Source: Pavona decussata
Lineage: Eukaryota
Assembly (NCBI GenBank): GCA_977016875.1
Contig: CDRNST010000091.1
Location: forward strand, 62,001-126,000
Direction: 5' to 3'
DNA: 64,000 bases
Every line of letters begins with the position of its first letter. The first letter of the stretch is position 1. Made by a program: the position numbers and the translations under genes. Below, piece by piece: positions 13,601 to 26,159 of this stretch. Below the pieces are notes generated by a model. It was not told where the DNA came from. It saw only the letters and a list, made by a program, of their open reading frames with translations, and did not search any database.

Positions 13601-13997
13601 AAGTCATTTGGTATCCAAGTACTTTCCGATGAGGAATCTTAACCATATAATCAGTTGCTAATGCTCTGCTATTCATTAAAGACAAAACAGTCACGTGACT
13701 TTTTATATTGATTTCAAAGGCACTATATTATGCGCTCTAATGATAGAAAGTAAGTAACTAAACAGAGAAGCCAAAGAAACGCCAAGAATTCAGTATTTTA
13801 CATCAGCCTTGCTTCCATGTTAAAAGGCTTATATGCCATTTTTCTGACATGCGCATTACGTGGCTCTGGGTGTTAATTTGGGATGACTCCATATCAGGAA
13901 ATGTTTGTCTCATAGAGGTTAGTAAGCCTGCCAAGTTTCATGCTTTTATCATGAAACGAACAATTGAACCATTTTTTGGTCGTTAGCAGCTGGACTA
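10621..13997 (+). mobile_element. Degenerate Academ-type DNA transposon with long TIRs
   Basis: More than 300-bp imperfect TIRs starting TA(A/G)TCCAGCTGCTAACGACC; TAT TSD (10618-10620, 13998-14000); transposase-like remnants at ~12260-13130 (DAIPSTLKTLVNMIIKGP; GLCISYD..IANSVCTQFEKNDAACPPEL*DGLFTIAG). Confidence 0.75.
11339..12240 (-). mobile_element. Degenerate RTE-clade non-LTR retrotransposon fragment nested in the Academ element
   Basis: RT remnants LAPFLFITVLDYVL, DLDFVDDIA, ILLYGPETWTLT..RLDGTYT; (GAT)n 3' tail at 11339-11356; 5' boundary approximate. Confidence 0.75.
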
Positions 13998-14298
13998 TAT
14001 TCGGTGGTATGGAAAGTAAACAACACTGATTATTACCAGCAAAGTTTATTTTAAGAAATTCATACAACAATCCTATATATTCTAAGAAGTTTTACACACT
14101 GCCGGCTCAAAAAATTAATCTGTACAGGTCTGTTTAAAAATGTTCCTTGCAGCTAAGTAAAACATGACAATGACGCTACCCATCACAATTTGCTTGAATT
14201 TATATTACAAAAACTTCAATGTCTATTCTAAACCATGAAGTTATAAGGGCAGCAACATTTGTTGCATTATTGGTAAACTACTAAAATATTTTTGTTTA

Positions 14299-14580
14299 TA
14301 GAGCGGATTTCAGTTAAGCGTCGAAAGGAATTTCGTGTCTGCTGTGGCTTTGCTTTACTGCGCTCTGATTGGTTATCAGAAATCGCCACTTTCTCAACCA
14401 ATAAGAAGAAAAACCAAAATCAATCGTAAACTGGCTCGCACTCGTTTTCCCGCGCTTGACGCCGGTAACATGTATTTGCTTCGAATTCTGATTGGTTAAA
14501 TGTTCTTTTCGTCTGCTGTGATTGGCCAGAGCAATGAATTAGGTTTTTGGTTTTACAACACTCGAATGATAACCGCTCTA
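14299..14580. mobile_element. Palindromic MITE
   Basis: Ends TAGAGCGG / CCGCTCTA, TA-flanked, with internal CCAATCA/TGATTGG inverted motifs. Confidence 0.65.
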
Positions 14581-14829
14581 TACACCACTGAAAGTATCAA
14601 AAGCTCGTCCAGACTCGACACCTGTGCGTTGTAAAGCTACCCTACATACTCTCAGTAACATAAATAACAACAGTCTATCGCCAACTGGAAAGAATGAAGT
14701 GGTAGCATTCAAATGAAGTCTGTGGATGAAATCCTTAAGTGTGACCATTCACATGAAAGCTATTCAGAGTTTCTTTCCTGTGGTAGAATGATGAAACTAT
14801 TCGAGTGCTCCACTTTAATGCTCTCGATT

Positions 14830-15810
14830 TGTTGTTTCTTTATAAAAAACAAATTTGGCTTCTTACCGGCATTTGGTTTAATTTATACAGAAAACAACGT
14901 CACAAGTATGAGCAATGTCTCTGCGATTTCACGTTCGTTTTGTTTCAAAGTTTACAAAAACCAAATTAGGCTTCTTACCCACATTTGAGTTTACGTAACT
15001 TTTGCTGTGAAATGTTTTACGAGGGACAAAGAGTCCGTTGACACTCAAAACGCTGTGTCCCTCAATGGTTTAACAGGAACATATGTAATGGCATTGTACA
15101 TAATTAAAAATCTATACAAAAGTTTATACAGAATACAACTTTGTAAGGCCACTCTTGGATGGGCTATGTCTCTGCGATTTCACATTCGCTTTGTTTCTTC
15201 ACAAAAATCAAATTAGGCTTCTTACCCACATTTGATTTCCAGCTATTTTGGTTGTGAAATGTTTAACGAGGGACATAGTGTCAGCTGACACTAAAACCGT
15301 TGTGGCCCTCAATGGTTTAACAGGCATATATGTAATGATATTGTACATAATTAAAAATCTATACAAAAATTTATACAGAATACAACTTTACAAGGCTACT
15401 CTTGGATACGCCATCTCTGCGATTACACGTTCGTTTTGTTTCTTTACAAAAACCAAATTAGGCTTCTTACCTACATTTGATTTTTAGCTACTTTGGTTGT
15501 GAAAGGTTTAACGAGGAAAAAAATTTCAGTTTACACTTAAAGCGTTATGGCCCTTAATTCATGCAGAATACAACTTTACAAGGCTACTCTTGGATAAGCC
15601 AAGTCTCTGCGATTGCACGTTCTTTTTGTTTCATTACAAAAACCAAATTAGGCTTCTTACCCACATTTGATTTTCAGTTATTTTGGTTGTGAAAGGTTTA
15701 ACGAGAACAAAGTGTCAGTTACCAACAAAAAAGCTGTGACCCTTAATTCAAATAGAAAACAACTTTTTAAGGCTACTCTTGGATTCGCCATTTCTCTGCG
15801 ATTTCACGTG
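14830..15810. repeat. Local tandem repeat, about 4.5 units of ~190-250 bp
   Basis: TCTCTGCGATT(T/A/G)CAC recurs at ~14918, 15169, 15414, 15604 and 15793, mostly followed by ACAAAAACCAAATTAGGCTTCTTACCCACATTTGA; same core motif at 45070-45700. Confidence 0.8.
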
Positions 15811-16330
15811 CGTTTTCAAGCCTTCTAAATAAATCTAAATTTCAAAGAATGCTTTAGCAACAAACGGTACCTACAGTAGGACGAATAATGACAATACTCA
15901 AGAGCCCGTGACCTGGAGCCTCCATCTCTCATACTAATCCTTATAGTCAACCATTTCCCAAGTAGGTTTATTTTTAGAAGGAGTCTCAAGGGACCTTTGG
16001 ACCGCCCACAGTTTAGCGACCCAATTAAAGAAAAGCGATAACAATTGAATTGTCATACGTAACCCCTTTTGGCGGGAAAGCAGTTCTAAAACATAGATCT
16101 ACTCAGGAATGGATGACTCCAGGAGTAAATGCAGATAGAGGCTCCTGTTACCACTGGGGTACAAGCCAAAGTATCAAATCACTCACGTTTCCAGAGCTCC
16201 ATTTTTTTCGCCTTGCCTACCAATGTAAAATGATGGTAATATTCTACGCACAAAACGGGTGTAATATGATCGTGTGATACTTAAATCTAAGACATGTGTT
16301 GACCCGGATGTTTGGAGTCACCGCTGAAAA

Positions 16331-16677
16331 AGGCCTGGTTTTCACTAAGACAAAATCATAAGCATACAGATAAGCAAGTGAGTACAAAAGCATAAGGGCA
16401 GAAGCATGCGCAGAAAACAATTTCTTCACAGAATTCTCGATACAAGCTCCCCTCGATGTTAAGCAAGATCAGATGGCGGACGAAACGGCTAACTGTCTTG
16501 TGCTTGTCCTTATATCGTCCACGTTCTTGTTAGTAAAAACTGCGACATAAAGATAAGCATAAGGACAAGAAGAAAGAGCGTGTTCGTTCCTCTTGTGCTT
16601 ATTCTTATGTCGCAGGTATTCTTACTTGCTTAAGCGGTGTTTGTGCTTATGCTTGTGTCCTAATGAAAACCACGCTT
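16331..16677. mobile_element. MITE with CATAAG subterminal repeats
   Basis: Imperfect TIRs AGGCCTGGTTTTCACTA / TAATGAAAACCACGCTT; repeated AGCATAAG / CTTATG motifs. Confidence 0.55.
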
Positions 16678-16818
16678 GACGGTAAGGTTTTTGTCATACC
16701 AAGCGAAAGAGATGGCGTTTTCTGTTTATAATGTCGCACGACTGTCCCTGTTTAGAGGCTGGAAACTGGTGAAATGGTGAATTTCCGACGCTCCCCTCCG
16801 AAAGGGAAAAGAGGAGTT

Positions 16819-17575
16819 GGGGGGCTTTCCATTCGGCCAAAATTTTCGGTTTAACGGTCGAAATGCGCAGATCAAACGGAGATTTTCCGGACCAAACGGA
16901 AGTCTTTCTGCAATAATTCAACTGGTTGGGACAGAAATTACCGTTCGATTGGCGCAAATTCCCATTTCTTCTTGCACTAACACGTAAATTCCTTTTTTTT
17001 TTAATCTACCAACGAGTTTCAAGTTTGCAACGAATGGAAAAAATATATTTTCATTTACGCTGGAAAGTAAGGTAATGACTGAAGACTACAACGAGATTTT
17101 TTTCTTACTAAACTCCTGCATGCAGCCTATATTGATTTTAGTAACAGAGCTACAAAAACAGCTCATCTTCACGTCAGAGTATTTCAGTGTATACTACTTT
17201 TGACTTTCCCTTAAAAAAGAAGCTTTGTTTAAATGTTGAGTCGCAAGAATATAAATGTGGCCAATAAATTTAAAGCCAAGAGAAGACTAGGGACGCTAAA
17301 CATTTGGGCGAGGAATCGAATGGAACTGAAATTTTCTGGAATAAAATTACGGAAATTCGGGTACACGTCGCGAAGTTTCCCTAATTTTCCGGACAATCGG
17401 AGCCAAAAACATCCGTTACATTCGGCAATTCCTACTCGGGCAGTCTGCTTTCTCCGACATAAGCTGATTGGTTACGCACGAAACTCGTGAACGGAACGGA
17501 AAATGCTGCTCCAATCAGCATCTAATTTTTCCAGCCCTTCAAACATGAACGTTTGGCTGAATGTAAAAGAGCCCC
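16819..17575. mobile_element. Harbinger-like non-autonomous element
   Basis: Imperfect TIRs GGGGCTTTCCATTCGGCCAAA / TTTGGCTGAATGTAAAAGAGCCCC. Confidence 0.5.
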
Positions 17576-17787
17576 AAACCAACCAACGGCTAACCTAATT
17601 TTTAACAATGAACACGACAGGTTGACGTATGCCAAGAAAGCATAAGACGTAAGAGCATAACAACAACAACACAGGCTTATGTATGCGATATAGCTTCACC
17701 CGTGTGTGCTGCTAAAACGCAAGTTAGCTGCGAACACAGAATCGTCACCTTTGAGTGCAAGCAGTACAAAGTTACAAGCGGCCTTAA

Positions 17788-18034
17788 GGACGGTAACTAC
17801 CAATAGAGGTATTTTTGCGCAGTTTATGACTATAATCCAGAAAGAAAATCGGGGGCAACCACGCATTTTTTAGAGATAATTAAGCAACAATAATTCTAAA
17901 GAGTGCTAAAATACAAAGCAATGTAATTGGCATTTTATCCCAAATTGAAGATTAACTATTTCTGAAAAATTCATGATTACCCCCAATTTTCGTTATGGAT
18001 ACTAAGAGCACTTGCTAAGTTGTGCTTTGTCCGC

Positions 18035-18072
<38 letters not shown>

Positions 18073-18143
18073 GCCACCATCATAGGAAACTCGAGTATCT
18101 CGAGATGCGCAGAACGTATGCGCCGTAAAAGAATGCACCGTCC
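17788..18143. mobile_element. TTAA-targeting MITE (Kolobok-like ends)
   Basis: TTAA|GGACGGT ... ACCGTCC|TTAA; degenerate relatives at 26160-26465 and ~43480-44290. Confidence 0.7.
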
Positions 18144-18442
18144 TTAAGCGCTCTGTAAGGCTTTGTATGAGGACTAACATACAGAAAGCTTTTTGGCGCG
18201 TTGGCGGCGTTTTCGAATCGCGCTTTTTCGCAGGAAGATTTCACCGATTTCTTTGAGTTTTGGCACCCTAAATAAAGAATGTTTGAACTATAAGAAAATG
18301 GTTTCTACTTTGCCGTGGCTCTAAAACGTTTGAGATATCATATTTTTAAAACCCTGTTTTATAAAAAATATCAGAATAACTCTGAAATCCAACGACAGAA
18401 ATAATAAAAATAAAAATAAGCCTCAGAGCTCTCAAGTTTTAA

Positions 18443-18755
18443 AGGCGCTGTTACAATGGGAAATTTTTCTTGCAACTTGTCTCACAATTTTGTTGTGACA
18501 CAAGTTGTACGAATCGTTGCCTAGGGTAACATGCCCTGAAACGATGTCTCGCAATTTTGTTGTTGCTGTTGCAATCGTTGCGAAAAGTAGAAGTCGGTTC
18601 TACTTTGTGGAACGGTGACTGCAACAAAAACGTTGCAAGACATGTTCATTTTAGGGCATGTTACACTAGGCAACGATCCGTGCAACCTGTGTCGCAACGG
18701 CGCAACAAGATTGCGAGACAAGTTGCAAGAAAAATTGCCTAGTGTAGGAACGCCT
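18443..18755. mobile_element. PIF/Harbinger-type MITE
   Basis: TIRs AGGCGCTGTTACA..AATTTTTCTTGCAACTTGTCTC / GAGACAAGTTGCAAGAAAAATT..AACGCCT; TAA TSD. Confidence 0.75.
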
Positions 18756-20844
18756 TAAGGAAATCATGAACATACAACTCGCTACGCAGAACGATACCGG
18801 ATATCTTTACTCTAAAAATATTACGTTACTGCATTTGTCTTAACTGACAAGGAAATAGCGGGGGAGTACAGCCAGCCTCTCCTCCATCTGAAAGGCAAAT
18901 GCCGTAACCCAAAGCTTTATAGAAAGAATCTGAGCAATCGGAAACATGTAGCAAACAATTTTACACTACAAGCACGTAAAAATTATTACCTTATACACAT
19001 CAGGATTGTTGCTTTTTTACCTTCTATTTTACCCCCAAAAACCTTAGATTTGGAGCTCAAGAATATGACGTCTATGCGAAATCCTTACCCGGGGAGAGGG
19101 AATAATCCCCTATATACCCCTATCTGGGGAGGTGCCGGTAGATAGGCTATGGTTTTGGTCTCTGCCGTTACAGGGTCTTTTTAAAGTTCAAGCGAGTCTG
19201 TCCTAATCAGGGTCTGGATCCGGCCTAGACACAGTATGGCTGCAAGACTGTCGTAAAGTATTTAGCAATGCCAGATCGGAGACGTTTATCTGAATTGATT
19301 TAGCGGGTCATCAGTCAACAATAGATAATTTTCAGGACTAGAATTAGCGCAAATGTTTTCAGTATCTAAATAGCGTTTTAAAATAGAGGGCGTTGTCCTT
19401 CACAGGGTAGGTTTTCAAGGTTAGTTTTGTCCTAAACAGGGTCAGGGTTTCAAACCCCCAACGGCAGCCCTATACCCAAACATGGGTCAAGTACCCCCCC
19501 CCCCCCCCAATTTTAACCAGTGTTTGGTACCGCACGTTCCCTCTTCTCGCAGAAATAAAGCCGCTTTGTCGAGTTCTTCTAACTGACCGCTTTTCAGCTG
19601 CGATGAAAACTATTTTACTTGATAATATACTCTGGACTTCTGATTTTGCTGCCACATTTCTCACGGATGGTTTGCCTTGTAAGGAAGAAAAGGTATAAAT
19701 CACCTTTTGGAAAATATATATTCATATATGATGACCGTTCAGTGTCCAAGTGGCAAACTGCTCGTGGGGAATGCGACAGCAGGGCTGAAAATTTTGAATA
19801 TACTATAAAGCCAAAGGTTTCCGCCGCAGTTGAAAGCGAATGGTTGGAAGTACTCGGCTAAGCAGCTTTATTTTGCAAACTGGTAAAAGTTTTCCGCAAA
19901 CGCCAACGTCTGTTATACTAAGAATGTTTGGGAAATTAAAAGACAAATACAAATATATTCTGATGAATATAAGATACAGTAAGCATGCGATCTAAAACCA
20001 TGCCAGTTCTTCTAGTGCCAGCTGTGATCGCCTTTTGGTTTCTGATTGGTTTGTTTCTTTTACTAAAGCTCTGGGTGACATTAGCCTTTCAGATGAGAGA
20101 TAGTTTGGCTGCACTGTTCCACAACATGTGTGTCAGCTTAGTTAAATGCATTAACAAAGCAATTTCAAGCAAATTTAACCATCATTTTGCGAGGCGAGTT
20201 GTATGGTTATGATTTCCAAGAAACTTGCAGATGTAAAACTTAAGTGCTTGAAGGCTTTAGTACTTGATGAAATAAGACAAAAAAATCTGTCTTCGAATTC
20301 CAAAATTGTGGACTTTTTTTTTTTTTGATAATAAGGTTTTCAAAAACACCTGAGTTCTCAAAAATTTCAACTACTACTACAAAATAAATTAAAGATTCTT
20401 GGAGATCACACGTTTCTTATTGAGGGTGCCAAAACTCAATGAAATCAGTTGAATCTTTCCTACTAAAAAGTTCCATTCAAAAATGTTACTAACAAGCCAA
20501 TAAATAGGAGCGGGCCACCTTAAATAGAACTAACGGTGGAGTGAGCCCCCAGAGCACAAACATTTACCGAAGGGGAGCATGTTTACTGAATGGCACTTCA
20601 AGATGAGATTCATACGTTTAAAATGTTATTCCAACTATAAAGCCTTATACAGAGCGCTTAACTTGTCAACGGCCGCTTGTACTCCAGACGTCAATTTCTC
20701 TGCAGTGGGAACAGTAGCTGTTTGACAAAATTTTCTGCATTACTTTTGACCTACCCGTGAAAGTTTTCTGCGCCAAAACATCTTAACTTGTGGAACCTCG
20801 CATTGTCGCACTCTAGAATAAGCCCAGTCTTCTCATTGATTGTC

Positions 20845-23800
20845 TTAATTCGATGAACTTTCTGTCGTTCCATAAAAGCTTACTGTTAAATCAATCGAGG
20901 ACAATGATTCGCTTTTTAGCGAAAGCTTACTGAAGTCGTAAATATGGCCTGCACTTGTTGCACAATGGTCACTCACTTGTAATCTCAATGTTTTCAACGA
21001 GTCGCTTTGAGTCAAAATATTACAAAGTTCGGGTAACCAGTCTTCGCTTACTTCATTGCAGATGTTGACGGTCAGATTGAATGTCGTTATTGATGTGTTG
21101 TCTTCCAAACCATTAACCAGGCAGTCCAGCCACTCGTAATCGGGGATACTGTACTGATTCAGTATCAGAGTGAGTGTAGTCAGTGACTTGTTTGCTGCTA
21201 AAGCTTCCTTTAAACCATATTCGTATAAGGTGACTCCTCCAGGGTCTTCAAAGTTGTTAATGGTCAGAGTGAGTACACGTAACGATGAATTGTCCTCCAA
21301 ACCTCTAAAAAGGTCTGCTCCCCACTCTTGGTAACACCTACTATAGTTGTTGATTGTCAGACTTAATGCAGAAATCGATATATCAGCAAAGGCATCGCCC
21401 AGACTGTATTTCCAACCCATCAGGAAAGCAGTCTCCTCCAGCGAGATATACTCGTGTCTAAAGTTGTTGACTGTAAGATTGAGCGAAGTCAGTGATGCGT
21501 TTTGAGTCAGAACATCACGAAAACAGCTTTTCCAGTCTACGAGCTCTTCATATTTGATTTTAAGACTGTGCTCATTTCTTCCGCTGTCTTTAACTGGAGA
21601 ATTATTGACAGAGCAATCTAGCCCACTAAACAATTCATCTGAAACTACACACGAGTCGTTCACACTTAACAGAACTGCCGGGTTGTTTTGTGACATTTCT
21701 TGAAGGACATCCTTTCCCTTTAAGCTCACCTCCCCCCAGACGTTCAAAGTAAGGCAAGGCAGAGCCTGAGATGGCTTAAAACGTCTTGCTATACAATCAG
21801 CAAAATCATCAGTTAATCTGCTGTGGACATTCAAAGTTAGACTAGACAGCGGGAATTGTGCAAATAAATCACATAGGCCTTCACTCCCTTCCAAACTCAA
21901 CTCACCCCAAAGGTTTACGGTCAAGTGCTGTTTTGGAAAAAGCTCATTCGTAAGGACAAAAGGACGTAGAGAGGCCACATGATTGGCTGTCACTTTGCTG
22001 CCAGTGTCTGGGTGAAAATCAAGGACAACTGGTGCCTTCTTTGAGAAACGCAGATTCTTCAAAACGGTGTGCCAGTTTTCAGGCTTCTGTCCATAGACGA
22101 ACGCTCTGAAACAATTCAATGAACGATTTTTTATAAGACCTCTTTCTAACAAACTGGCACCAGAAATACTCAGATTTCCATTAACTCGAAGATCAAGAGA
22201 GTTTAAAAAGGTTGGACCTTTAAGTCCTTTACTAACTGCAGCAGCTAACGAATCCTGCATGTCACCACAAATAATTAGAGACAGAGAAGTTAGAGATTTG
22301 TTTGTAAAAAGCTTTTCTAAGGCCTCTTTTGCAGTTTCACTCATTGAACCATAAATCTTCAGAACAACAGACGTTAGTGGTGTAACAGCAGATAACCCTT
22401 CTTCAAGAGCAGCGGCCCAAGCCTCACGCCACTCTTCCGACAATGCAAATGTCACTTTTCTTAAGGTCTTGCTTGCAGCTAAACCTTTACCAATGATAGA
22501 AGCCGCATCACGAGGTATGTCGTTTGACACTGTAAGGATAAACTCCAGTAAACTGGGGTTTGCAGCTAACCCATCAAACAGAACATTGGCTACTTTTGTT
22601 GTCAACTCACGGTTAGAGAAGCTTAGAGTCGTAACGTGCGAACAGGATATGAGGAGATCTGAGACAATTGCCATTTCGTCCTCGTCAGGATGGTCAAAAT
22701 TAGTCACATTAAGTTTAACAGGCTGCTGTAAAGTTGAGAAGCTTTGACAGGCCTTCAAAACATTAACAAAGTACCGGCAATTCCAGTGAAACCCTTCATC
22801 ATGTGGGTTAATCGAGATCTCCAGTGGAAAAGGTTTGAAAGAACAAAGAGTAGCCGCCATTCGTTCAGCATTTCCACTTTCAACAAAGCTCTCAATGAAG
22901 AAAGTTGCTTCCTGATAACTGATATCGGGCCAGCCTACCCATCGAAAGCTGCACAGCTTCTCGCCAATCTGAGTAAATAGAAGGATTGCTTCCTCACCTA
23001 GCAAACCAGCTACAAATAGAAATACTTGTGGATATTTTCCTACCAAATCATCATAGTCTAAAAGCTCAAACACGTTGAACTTGTTTTCTCGTAACTTGTG
23101 CGCAATATATGATGCAGCCAAGTATTCTTGAAAAGACTTATGAAGAAAGCAGTATTCATGTTGTGGATTTAATCTCTTCAAACTTTCCTCCTTGTAAAGA
23201 AAACCTAGTCCACGAGCTACCAACTTGTCATTTTTCCTTTCCAATTCCTTCAATTCGTTTTCACGAAAACTATGACGATCGTTCAGCAAGCACTCCCAAG
23301 CTAGCTTTCCAAGTGCAAGGATGTCCTTTTCAAATTCTTTCTCTAAAACTCTGTCATCTTCATTGGCTTTTCGACCGTGTTTTGTACAATATCTTCTCAA
23401 AAGGCACCGGACAATAATTTGGTAAAGCTCAGTACGGGAAGATGGGAGTTTTCCTGCATAGTCTTCATAAATAACACACAGAAGAAGTAGATTTAGTGGA
23501 TTGTTTCGGAGGGCATGTAATAAGGTGTTTTCTTTTATTTCTTCTATCAGTCCCTCTCCTTTTGTACAATGTTCTGGATCAACACTCTTAAAATGTTTCC
23601 TGATATACTCGAAAGCATCGCTTTCAGTGAATCCTTCGATCTGTCAAAGAACGTCAAAAACAAACTCCTTTCTCACGTCAATTCCTTTCTCTTGTCGACA
23701 AGTGGCCAGGACATAACAGAATGGCAGAATTCTTCTGTGAAGAAGTTCATCCACGTAATGCTTTGACTTTTCAGGAAGTTCGTCCAGACCGTCCAAAATT

Positions 23801-24281
23801 ATTAAAATTCTCTCCTGATTATGAATGTCCCTCAAGAAATCCAACAGCTTTTCTGTGGTATTTTCGTCAATATCCTTTGGCAGAAGTTGTTCTATGATGG
23901 CTTCTTTGATATTTCCATCGATGTCTCGGCATTTTAACAACAGCACAAGTTCAAAACTGGGAGAGGTAAACGTTGTTGCAGTGCTTTTATTTGCCCAGTC
24001 ATGAGCAACTTTAAGGCAAAAAGTCGTTTTACCAATTCCGGGACTTCCCTCAACAAGCGTCATGGCATCTTCACCTTTGTTAAGAGCCCTGAAGATGTCA
24101 TACACGTTCACCTCACAACCTTCTGCTCGAACGCCACCTTTTGGTCTTGAAATTATTTTCAATCTCGTGTAGACGTCTTCAAGAGGCAATTGAATAGTGT
24201 TGTCCCAAAGAAGCGGCCTTAAGTGAGCGCGTCTATTGTACTCTGCTCTGAGCAACTTCTCAACAACTGAGTTGTCGGTAC
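20845..24281 (-). CDS. Gene A last exon: NACHT NTPase, helical/winged-helix domains and RI-like LRRs (interrupted by TGA at 23644-23646)
   Basis: Walker A GSPGIGKT, Walker B ILDGLDE, NPL motif, FLHKSFQEYLAA winged-helix motif, NxSLxxLxL repeats. ORFs 23644-24255 and 20845-23400 are in the same frame with no other stop between them; acceptor ttttttgtag. Confidence 0.9.
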
Positions 24282-24499
24282 CTACAAAAAAGTGACAATT
24301 GTTTCTTTCAGCTGATCCTCAGGTCTTGCAAGACGAAATTATCACTAACCCTAAGATAAGAGATTTTTAGTTTCAATTGTTGCACCATTCCCCGTTAGTA
24401 CACCAACCCACTCCCCTCCCAAACACCTGCAGTTTTGCTGACTATACATTCCATATAAAAAGGAAAAAGTTATCTAGATTTTTTCAACTCAGTTCAATG

Positions 24500-24790
24500 T
24501 CTATTGTAAAGAGAGAACGACGTTTTTCAGTTTGCAGACCATGTTTCGGCATGTCAGTCAAATGCCATCGTCAGTTACAATAACGATACATACGGAAAGA
24601 GGTGTTACACGGACAACGACAGATTACCACGTCTAACGTGTTGAATAAGAATACGCATTATCCACTTAATGTGCATTGCTTCCTTCAGTTTGAGTTTGAA
24701 ATTAGTGTAGACAGAATCTACAACAGTAAAACAATCCGAGAGGGACGCAGCGTGAAACCTACGGAGGCACCATCTAACTAACGAAAGGGG
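24500..24790 (-). mobile_element. Penelope-like element 3' fragment
   Basis: Translates CFTVVDSVYTNFKLKLKEAMHIKW (C-terminus of the GIY-YIG region), followed by a hammerhead-like motif. Confidence 0.65.
24532..24580 (-). ncRNA. Minimal type I hammerhead ribozyme-like motif
   Basis: Minus strand TTGTAA CTGACGA TGGCAT TTGACTGAC ATGCC GAAAC ATG GTC TGCAA: CUGANGA and GAAA core, stem II, GUC site; stem I imperfect. Confidence 0.55.
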
Positions 24791-24859
24791 CCCAAGTTAA
24801 GGCCCCTAGTTTGGCGATATTGCACTTCTGTCAACGTCAAGAAAGTTTGTTGTGTTTTG

Positions 24860-25181
24860 AGGCCTATTTAAACAGTTTCAACATTTGCTTCAACATGCGT
24901 TCAACACAGTTGTTAAGCCAAATGTCGGGGGCGTTTGAACAGGTCGTTCAACATAGTTGAAAGCGTGAGAAAAATGCTGAAAGCTTGTCGAAAGTGTATT
25001 GAATCAAATTTAAATTGGTTTAAACTTTCATTCAGCATCGATTCAACATTTCCTTTGTTCTTTAAAAAGCTGAATTACGTTGAAGTCGTTTGAACACTTC
25101 GTTCATCCAACATATGCCCAACACCATTCAACTTTTGTTGAACGAATGTTGGGCGAATGTTGAAATCGTTTAAACGGGCCT
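24860..25181. mobile_element. Harbinger-like MITE with TTCAAC/GTTGAA repeats
   Basis: TIRs AGGCCTATTTAAACAGTTTCAACATT / AATGTTGAAATCGTTTAAACGGGCCT. Confidence 0.7.
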
Positions 25182-25863
25182 TTAAGCTGCGTAATCAGGG
25201 ACTTAGCTCGCGCGTTATAACAAATTTACTTGCACTGGCTGTAATGCCAGCTATATTGGTGAGACCACTCGCCACATTTCCACCCGCGTTCGTGAGCACC
25301 TGTGCTGGGACACATTATGAGACACTCATGAAACATCTTGAATGATTCAGCGGCTTGTCGCACTGAGGGCACCTCGAATTGCTTTCCTGTTATAGAATCT
25401 GCCTGCGCTAATTTTCAACGGCTTCAACTGAAGGAATGAAACATGTTTGCAAACCAAAAAACATCGTTCCCTATTTTTATTGTCATTCTGGTGTTTTATG
25501 GAATGTCTATTGTAATGTAATAAAGTACCGATTAGCAGTGGTTTTCTCGTTACCTTCAGTATTTCTGGCTTATTTCTTGTCAAAAAGGAGAAATAAATAT
25601 TTTGCAAGAACTTATTTTGACAAAACGTCAGCTAGCACAGTTTAACAAGGACTCTTAAGACTAGTCACCATAGCAACCTGAAGATCAAGTAGATTTAAAT
25701 AAATACACAAACTACAATAGCAAATGGCATGAACTGAATGACAGAACTGACGTACACTTCCCTTCCCCAGGCCAACAAGCACAACTGACTCCCAAATCAC
25801 TTTTCATAGCATTTCCATACTTTCGGATCTTTGCTTTAGGGAATTAAAAACCGTAAGAATTAC

Positions 25864-25974
25864 CTGTAAGACCTTTACTACTTGACAGTTTGGGCTGCTT
25901 CGGAGTTGAAGTGCGTGTTGTGCTTGGAGACAATGGTCTTTTGCCCTTTGCTAAATTCGTCTCCTCAGATGAAA
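25864..25974 (-). CDS. Gene A linker exon 4 (basic, Ser/Thr-rich; NLS-like)
   Basis: 111 nt, phase 1-1, encodes VSSEETNLAKGKRPLSPSTTRTSTPKQPKLSSSKGLT; paralog of 52624-52496. Confidence 0.8.
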
Positions 25975-26159
25975 CTGGGTGAAAAAAATGCATTGCTCTC
26001 TTTAACTAGATGTGTGACTCCTTGCAAAAGACAAATTAATTTCTGACAAACTGGTGATCTGTTGACAAGCAACAGAGCCCATCACAGTTTCCAGAGGTTA
26101 GTATTTGAGTGTTATGACTTTGGCTGGGTGATACTAAGACTAAGAACTTCCTTTGTTAA

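Noticed and set aside
23400-23646. Frameshift or intron between the two gene A ORFs
   Set aside because: Both ORFs are in the same frame, and the gap translates collinearly with gene B. Only one nonsense substitution is present.
23644-23646. Selenocysteine codon
   Set aside because: The paralog has Leu rather than Cys at this position, and I could not recognise a SECIS element.
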